DNA of 64,000 nucleotides from Phoronis australis. Taxonomy: Eukaryota > Animalia > Phoronida. The DNA lies in the NCBI GenBank assembly GCA_002633005.1, contig NMRA01000047.1, positions 831,326 to 895,325 on the forward strand, read 5' to 3'. Both the position numbers and the translations under genes were made by a program. Every line of letters starts with the position of its first letter. The first letter of the stretch is position 1. Below the pieces are notes generated by a model. That model was given only the letters and a program-made list of their open reading frames with translations, did not search any database and had not been told where the DNA came from. This document shows, in pieces, positions 55,034 to 64,000 of this stretch.

Positions 55034-58000
55034 AAACCAGCACCCATCACACAGCCTCGAATTTTCCTAGTCAGAGGAGCCACGTCAAAGATTTTACGTT
55101 TTGACTGCATTATGGCAGAGGGTTTAAACTAATCTGCACAACATGAAGATGTACAGAAGGGGAATAACCGGGTGCCTTCCAATCAACCTTGGCTGACTGA
55201 CACTGACACGTCTTGGTTAAATCTGACAAATGGACAAAAAAGTGTCCTGGTACTGCCAATGTAAAGCTGTTGGAAGTCAACCATAAATCAATGTAAGCAT
55301 AAATCTAGTTATTGATGGCCCTGTAATTAACAGTACAACTATACACCCCCCACCCCATGCTCCATGGCTTCGGCAATCTTCAGCTATTTTACACATATAT
55401 AATCGTCAAAATCGTCATTTTTCTATTTTTCAAATGTTGATTACTTTGATGTACATAATAGAAACTTTAACATATTTTTTGGCTTTTACACAGTACCCAA
55501 CAAACACTAGATCAAAATTTTATGAATCATTATTTTTTTAAGAAATTTGTCAAAATAAAAATTTGGTTTTCTACTATGTTCTGTGCTGAATACCTGAAGA
55601 GTAACAGTTACTGTAATACAAATGAACAAGAAAACGGAAATAACACAATTATGCAAATAACACAATTATGCAATTATCCAAAAGTTGACTCAACACAAAA
55701 ATATAACAAACAAAACGCACCACTCATCTGGTATTACTCGTGTTAAACCTCTAAAAAATATTTGTTTATGATAATACGTGTAGAGCAATAACATTGATAT
55801 CTATTCTAAAAACAAGAAAGACTTCAGGAATGCAGACTTGCCCCAAAGGCACTGTAGTTCTGAGTCCATCCACATTTGCTTTTAGTACACTTATTTGTGA
55901 ACAACTTAGAAACACGTGCACCCTGTCAGAGACACAGCTCAGCCAAACCACCCCGAATGGCAGAGATGATCCGACAAAGTGAGGGAACAGGTGACTTATG
56001 TAGAATGATGCAATGGGCCCCCTGGCTGAGGGACCTAAGCATGTCTGATGCAACATGCATCGGATCGCTTGCTCTATTTCATATAATTGATGAATCTATG
56101 TATTTAATCAAATATCTACAAAACTAAGATTTTTAACCCATAAATGTTCACATTTTCTTAAAGTACAATGCTAATAGAACTAGATTTTTCATTTTTCATT
56201 CACCAACTTGCAATTAATTGGGTGACATGACTCTGTCTGAAATTGCAGCAGGGACTCTCCTGTCCACTTAATGCAAGACAATACCCAACCACCCACTCAC
56301 CCCCTGCCCCCTCCCCCCAGCCCCTGTACTGAGGAAGTCAGATAACCAAGACCACCTAATGCAGTCTCCCCTGAACCATGTAAAAATAGGATTATGCAAT
56401 GGAACCACCAGCTTCCACTTAGTGTAGAAGGGGGACTATAAATATTTATTTAGCTGAAGATGGTACTTTGGGAAATTGGAGTTATGGAGTTGGGCAGATA
56501 GCACACTTGGCTCCCTACACTCAAGTCATTCACAGACCCCCCCAACTAACAGGGGAGATAACACCCTGGTGTATGGCACACCAGCCATGCTTCCATCATC
56601 AGATTTGTGTCAAAACATGTCACTCAATCACCGAACCTTTCCAACTTAGGAACACAAGTTACGTCAGAAAATTCAACATTATGGTATATTTTCAACAGAA
56701 AAAAAACATTAAAATATGAGGCAATATCCTGCTATCATGAGACAAAGCATCATTGTTATTGGATGAGATGAACACATTAATTGCCTTGAAATTTGAATGG
56801 AAATAAACGATAGATCATTTTCATTACTGGGTTATCAATGCTGTATTCTATTGATAGACCTGTTTTTGTTTTTGAATGACAGTTGTTATTTTCAAAGAAA
56901 CGTAAAAATAGTTATGTTATCACATTGTCAAATAGATCATTTACGAAGTAGCTTTAATTGCAGACAGAAAACCAAAACGAAAACACTTGTCAACAGATTT
57001 GACAAAGTGAGTAGGTTAGAATACTTTTGAAAAAGCATTTGTCATAAATGAAACAAAAAATAAGCCACTAAGACCTATTGTGTGATTATGCAATTTCCAG
57101 TCTGGCAGAAGTGTTTCTAAATACCAAACTGAGCACAGCAAGCTGAGACATCTGATGCAGATAGTTATAAAAATGTCAACTTTTGTGACGTCAACGTCAA
57201 ACGTACTATACCATAACGGATACTTTAAACTAGCTGAGTATCGATCTTTCTTGACATGATGATTAATTCGATATTTGACGCAACTGAAAATTAACTTCAT
57301 GAAACATTTGGCTCAAATTGCTTCCCAACAAAACCTACAATGTTCGTACTTGGACGCTGAACTGGGTCAAATTATTAAATGAGTTGTAATCTATATCAGA
57401 GTCCACTGAAATGATCGCTTGATGTTGTATCCCTTCATTGCTGCAACTGGGACAATACCGCTGCAAATGCAGTCCGGCTCAATACAATGTAATTTGAAAA
57501 AAATATAACATGAAACCGATACATGATTAAATATTGATGGCTTTAAAGCGACACCGTCAATTAGATGGAAATCCACACGCTCAACTTCCATCATTCTGTG
57601 AATCCTCAGAGTGAAAGAGAGATCAACACAAAGCTCGATTACGCACAAACAATGAATCATTTTCATAGCAAATGTTCTGAAGGTAATTGTTTCACAACCA
57701 GTTTACAAATGCATAAACGGCTCAATAACACAACAAAAATACCAAAGACAATCGTCTCCCCTGCATTCAGGAAAAACGCGTCACTTTGACAAGAGATACA
57801 AAAAACAATACTGTGTCAGAACAATCAAATAATAGAGTTAGTATGTAGTTAGCTCTGACCATCCAAATAGCAGATGAGAGCAAAACCACAGGGGAGATAA
57901 TCTGGTCCTGGTACAATATCTGCAGCTTCAACTTTTATCAATACCAGCTAACCAAACTAAACTTTGGAAATAGGATACAGAAAGAAGTGGACATGATTAA

Positions 58001-61000
58001 CTTGAAAAACAAATAGGTTACATAACAGACAGGTTTGACAACCCTTGATGTTTAGTAGGTTGGGAATATAAATGTCAAATGTACATATTTAGAAACATTA
58101 ACAAATCAATGACTGTAAAACCACCAAAAATGCACGTTTTATTCAAAGACCCATCAACCAAATTTTATGAACATAAGCCGCATTCACTTGACCTCAATGA
58201 ACCCTTACAGGTGTGCCGCATTTTGAGAACCAAACTTCTCCACTGAATTGCGGGCACTAACTGGTTCTCAAAATCCAGGGCCCCTGTAATGGACTGTTGC
58301 CAGGCACTGAAAGAGAAAATATTTCATGCCAACTCAATAAACTAACACGAAAAAACGACATGATGTCAAACTCAAGTTCGCAAATGGATGCCATAACTTT
58401 TGTTCACGTTGCGCTCGTTCGGAAGGTCAAAGACTATCAGTCTCCACCAATGTTTCTATGCTTTTGATATGAAGAAATAAGTGCATGAAGTTGCAAATTT
58501 TCTGTTTTATTATCATATCTTTGTGAGGGGGACATGAAAATCAAAAGCAGATCATTCCAAAAAGCGGCTCTCAATGAAAAGGGCACAACGTGAACTGTTG
58601 CTAACTCAGGTCACTAAAAGTTGGCAGACGATCACGAAATGATGTGCATGTTTTTGTGTTGGTAATAGTTTACAGTCCAAAATTGAAGTAAGTCTTAAAA
58701 TTAACAAATTCTCGGTGAGTGTACCTACTCAGCCAGCTGTACATGACTCAATGCCATTTTTATACAGCATCCTACAAATTTTTAACGCTCACGATCACTT
58801 ACATTCAGTCTAAAGCCTCATTTTAAGTATGTCAATTGAAATACCTCAACATTAACGCGAGCGGACTCGGTAAAAGTATTATAGGGACTTGATAATTTTC
58901 TAACAAGGTAACAAGAACCACAGAATCTTTAAATTGACTGGAGTCAGAATAACTTGAAAAACACCAACAAAAATATGCGCAACTAATTTTATTAAGCCAG
59001 GCTTCCCCAAGTATGGCTTTGGAGAAGATGCACTGTATTTTCCGATATCACTCAAAGATTCATACCTAAGGACATGAACTTGGTGTGACAGAGAAGGCAA
59101 ACCTGAATCTAGTGATTTCTAGGACTTCAACACAGGCCTGGTCACCAGGTTTGTTTCCAGATTCTTGGCAAACTGTCAGAGCATGGCAATCAGACAACAA
59201 TGAAGAGACCTCCAAACACTATATAAAAGTAGGCAGCTCACATTTCAACGATCTCGCATTGATTGGTGGATATTCTTTAAGCTTCATTTTAGTCAAAAGC
59301 TTTAAAAAGCAAAAATAAATGCAAACCAAATTGATCAAAACGTACTCCTGTGATGCTCTTCCAATTTTCTTTTTTTCAAAGACCAACAAGATTTAATTAA
59401 ACGTTTTAGAATGATTTTCAATTTCTGGCTGAATGATACCCAATACCGCTTTTCATGACATAAGAAAAATTGATAATGAAAAACACAAATGCATATTGGG
59501 CTGTGGCTTACAAAATATTCGTAGTTTAGCGAAGTCTGTCAATTAACTGAGACTTGTGCAACACTTTAAATTGTCAAAAACATTTTTTAAAAGAAAGTGT
59601 ATCCTAAAATGTCATTTCCACCACCAAGTTGAACCCAACAGCTAAACCATTTAAGAAAATAAAATGGGTGGCCATTTTTTCCTTAATAGCAATAAATTTT
59701 CAATCAGAGCATTCATAATTACCAAAATTGTCCTTTTTTTCTTTTCGGAAGGTTTACTGCATTGCCACAAATACCCTTCATGCTGTCCCACACGTATGTC
59801 TGTTATGATAATGACCAAATAAATTACTCTTAACATCTGTTTTAGAAGAAAAATTAGACAAACGAAATTTCACTTCCCAGAAAAGCAGATTCACTTACGC
59901 TAAAGGTTTGAATCAGTTTGCTTGGATGCATTTTCGTCACACAATAGCAATACTGGAAAAATACGACAAAACTAAAGGAAACCATGATGCAAGTTGAAGC
60001 TTTATTGAATGAATTCTAAAGAGATACTTTAGCATACAATAAAGACATGCCACAAACAAACAGATAAGGACACACATTTCCTGATAAGAAAATCTGAACA
60101 AAAAATAACCAGACTTGCAATAATCATTGTCGTGCTTGACAAATGCTCGATCAATCACTCACTATCGCACCACAGAACAGGAATGATATATTTGCGATAC
60201 CGTTGAGAGAATGATGAGGAATAACTCCAACAAAGTGTTGCGCGTGAATGGCTCCTCTAAACAGGTGACTCAAGGTCAAACTTGGCATTTCGGGTAAAAC
60301 ATTCACCCTATTCATCAAGACCCAAGGGCATATTAATCCCCATTAATGCCTTAATGCCCTCAGTGAAAAAAGTTCAGTTCTTGTCACTGCACGTAATCAT
60401 GTGCCCGAATGCATCAGAGGCGGATCTACGGGGGGGGGGTCAGAGAGTTCAAACCCCCCTCGGGACAGAATCAAAAATAAAAATTGAAAAAAAAATTGAC
60501 AGAAAAACGAAATCATCTACTAAAAACACAAAAAAATCTTACATGGGAGGGGGAAACCCTCTCCTGACCTTCCTTCCCCTCGGCACGGATTCGCTCGAAT
60601 CCTAAACCCCCCTTACTAAAAACGTAGATCTACCCCTGTGAATTAAGTAAGTTAACATCTAACAAAAAGCTAAAAGTACAACACAAAGCAACACAAGACA
60701 GCTCTGTTAGTATACCAAGAAATGACAAACACATATTCTTGAATGTACAATTCAGCACAAAAACACCAGTTGATAAAAACAAGAACACAAAACAGTGAAA
60801 AGCTACGGCTGAATGAGGACACAGGGCACCGCTTGTTTATTTGAGAGGACGGAGCACAACCAATTCTAAGGTGAAATTTCATGCCACCTTGCCTACTATG
60901 CTTTGCAGTTGAAACACAATAGCCAAGCAGTTTTTGCTGTAAGCTGCTGATAAACAATGTATAGCTGTTCTCACAACCTTAGGAGTTCGGTGGTGAGTAC

Positions 61001-63332
61001 GGATTGCGTTTTATTTTGATGTTTTACGCAAATGGAAAAAAACGGAATGTTCACTTACAGAGACATCACGATATAAGCACTGAAGGATACCCTGGTGGAC
61101 TCATGGTAGGTTCAACCATAGTGCTGACAACAGCAGTCCGACTAATCATCACGTCTCTGGCGTGACAACTAATTCTGCTAACAGCAAAAATGACAGGTAA
61201 TAATTACTATAGGGGAAAAATCCTTTTTACACAAGGGGCTTACCATAATCACCTTCCTAGTTTTCCTGTTCATTCAACTTTATTCATAGATACGGGGAAA
61301 GGTCACTGTGACAATGAATTTGGCCTCCGGTCAGCCTTCATGGCGAGGAATTACGGGTCATTTTGTCTGAATATTTTTGGCGTTCCTTTAACTTGAGGAC
61401 TCCAGTCTTTAGAAAGGCTATGGCAGCATTATTCACCAGTACATATTCAAACAGTTTCCTTAAAACCTATAACTTAAGACATTGGTTTCTTTATCAATGT
61501 CTATTACTTTCACTTTGTTCGTCAACATTAGCTATTTTCAGCAACAGTGCAATAAACATTTTAAGCAACTATATCAAATTAAAGGACCTGATCTATTGGT
61601 GGTATTGGAATGACCCACTAACACAAATACAGAATCAACAAATCGATCGCGAATTCTTTTCCAATGAACTCTACAAACCAAACCAACGTGGAAACACTAT
61701 AAGTTTAGATTTTAAAACACTATAATTTAAATTCTAATACCTGGTTCCACGTCAGACATAAAGAGTAATTGTAAAAAAGTTATTAACGATTCTTGCAGTA
61801 TCAAATCCATAGAGATGCAGTAATGAAGTATGAATGACACTGCTTCTAAAACAGTCTTCATGTGCCAATTAGTTAATTACTAAACCATCGTGTGACGTCA
61901 ATATGTCAAAGAAAACAAAGCATCGTTAATATGATGTCCATAAACTGTGGAGAGCATATTTTGAGCCTGATGTATAAGAAATTTTACCTGAACATTTTTG
62001 CTTGGAGGAATTGGGCCAGTCATGGTTTTTAAAATGACGGTTAAATGATCAAGCTAGAATATCAGTATGTGTGGATATGTCCATATTTTTGCTATGTTTG
62101 TGAAATAACTTGAATGACGGTTAGCTGAACAAAAAAAAATCAGAGATCATTACTTTCATTTCACTTATTTTGTATTTTCTATCTATTACTTTTAATCGTA
62201 TTGTCAAAATAAATGACCTTATATCGCCTACCTTGGTCTCCTTTTCATCTCAGATAACAAGCTTGCAACGCGCGTATCATTTATATATTATTCGGGACAT
62301 GTGTCAATCATAATAATTCTTTTAAATTTTCATTTTCCACCAGAATACAAAGCCGAGTCAACAGCAGTTACAGGAGCAGTATTGTTTTTACATCTGGACA
62401 ACAATACTGGGTTATTGTTGGATGAGGCACACTTTTTGAAGTTATCAGCTTTTACCAAAGCTACAAAACAACAAAATCCATCGTTTTATTAAAATTTGCC
62501 AATTCTCGCCATTGGTTACCTGACATTGACCGAGACCAAGACCAGTGTCTCCACCAATTCAATTCACTTAAAGTAGTCTGCCTAAGACTGAATTGGATTT
62601 AGGTTAGAAGAGCATCGGGTGCAACACAAGAGTTTCAGGTTCGATTCTGCACCGAGACCAACTTCAAAACAAGATTTTTATTGCCAAAAATGGTCCAACT
62701 TAACCTTGGATCTGTATATTTACTACAGAGTGATTAATTTCCTCTTTAATTTCCAAAGTCTTCTTTGTTATGGCAGTTCATTTATGCATGGGGAATCGCT
62801 GGGGGAAATACGCCCATTAGCAGCCAATAGAAATTATAAGACATTGTAGCATGGTGTGTTAACAAGTGCTGACCACTAAACCAATAACATTGCCTGGCAA
62901 TTAAAACTTCTCCTCGCGGCAAGTAGCACCGATCAATGACCAGACATGAAGTGATATTATCCACGAGAATTTTTTTGCAAGATCAGCCCCAACATGGAGT
63001 TGAACCTGAAACGCTCTGTTGGCCAAGCTTAATCCCACTCGGTGTATGGCAGAGTATTTTAACCAATTAAATCGCAAGCTTCAATTTCAGCGAATGTCTG
63101 GCAGACAACGGCAAGAATTGACGATTCGTAATAAAATCACAAAACGCAATGAATTTAATTGTTTTATAGCTCTGGTCAAAGCTAATTAATTCAAAAGTCT
63201 ATTCCATATAACAGTGATACCAAAAATTGCCTTTTTTATCTGGAAACCAAGGCAAATAGGTGTGTGGTGATTTAAATTCCAGAACTTGGTTTAAGGCCTC
63301 ATTCAAAACACAGGAAGCAAGATATTTTAAAG

Positions 63333-63595
63333 CCACAACGCGCCCACAATGCACAATGCACTTACAATGTCCTCACAATGTACTCAAATGCGCCCACAAT
63401 GTATCTACAATGTATCTACAATGTATCTACAATGCGCCCACAATGTATCTACAATGCACCCACAATGTATCTACAATGCGCCCACAATGTATCTACAATG
63501 CGCCCACAATGTATCTACAATGCACCCACAATGTATCTACAATGCGCCCACAATGTATCTACAATGCGCCCACAATGTATCTACAATGCACCCCC
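63333..63595. repeat. 11/22-bp tandem repeat
   Basis: acaatgtatct/acaatgcgccc alternation; explains three overlapping repetitive ORFs. Confidence 0.9.
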
Positions 63596-63816
63596 AATAC
63601 AACTAACCACTAATTCCTACTCAGATTATAATTCAAGACCACAGGCTCGAAAACAGGAAAAATGCTTTGGCATCAATGAGTGACCTACTTACAGCATATA
63701 CACAAGTACACACGGTTCTATTTCAACTCAAAACATCGACAATGGAAACAACTAACAACATTACTACTGTCTTTGGTTTCCACTGACTTGATGTTTGGAC
63801 ATGTGTATGCATGCGT

Positions 63817-63919
63817 GTGCATATGTTGGTGTGCATATGTTGGTGTGCATATGTTGGTGTGCATATGTTGGTGTGCATATGTTGGTGTGCATATGTTGGT
63901 GTGCATATGTTGGTGTGTG

Positions 63920-63951
<32 letters not shown>

Positions 63952-63953
63952 TG
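63817..63953. repeat. 15-bp tandem repeat followed by (GT)n/(GCGT)n microsatellite
   Basis: gtgcatatgttggt-type unit ~6 times, then gtgtgt.. gcgt.. Confidence 0.9.
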
Positions 63954-64000
63954 TAAACGGACGCTTGACAAAGATCAATTTGCTCCGTGTCAGTTGCGCT

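Noticed and set aside
62586-63045. tRNA-like segments
   Set aside because: Only B-box remnants; no foldable cloverleaf, so treated as SINE-derived heads, not tRNA genes.

Overview
Intron-rich, AT-rich animal (invertebrate-type) genomic DNA; the species cannot be fixed from the sequence alone. Three spliced housekeeping genes can be built by hand with canonical GT-AG junctions: COQ2 (4-hydroxybenzoate polyprenyltransferase, minus strand, CDS 6131-13785), DTYMK (thymidylate kinase, plus strand, 16220-22966, head-to-head with COQ2), and the last 8 coding exons of PSMD1/Rpn2 (minus strand, 29317-46782, continuing beyond the window through a >17 kb intron). The main result is in COQ2, which carries two homologous, frame-incompatible copies of exon 5 (8378-8511 canonical 'a' type; 9365-9495 divergent 'e'-like type). 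This is the mutually exclusive exon design that switches nematode/lophotrochozoan COQ-2 between ubiquinone and rhodoquinone synthesis. Here the e-like exon has only one of the two reported signature substitutions (Phe->Leu yes, Ala->Ser no) plus a Thr->Ser change in YDxIY. The rest of the window is MITEs, a decayed Penelope element with a relic hammerhead ribozyme, minisatellites (one multiplies a COQ2 splice donor nine times), and an assembly duplication.
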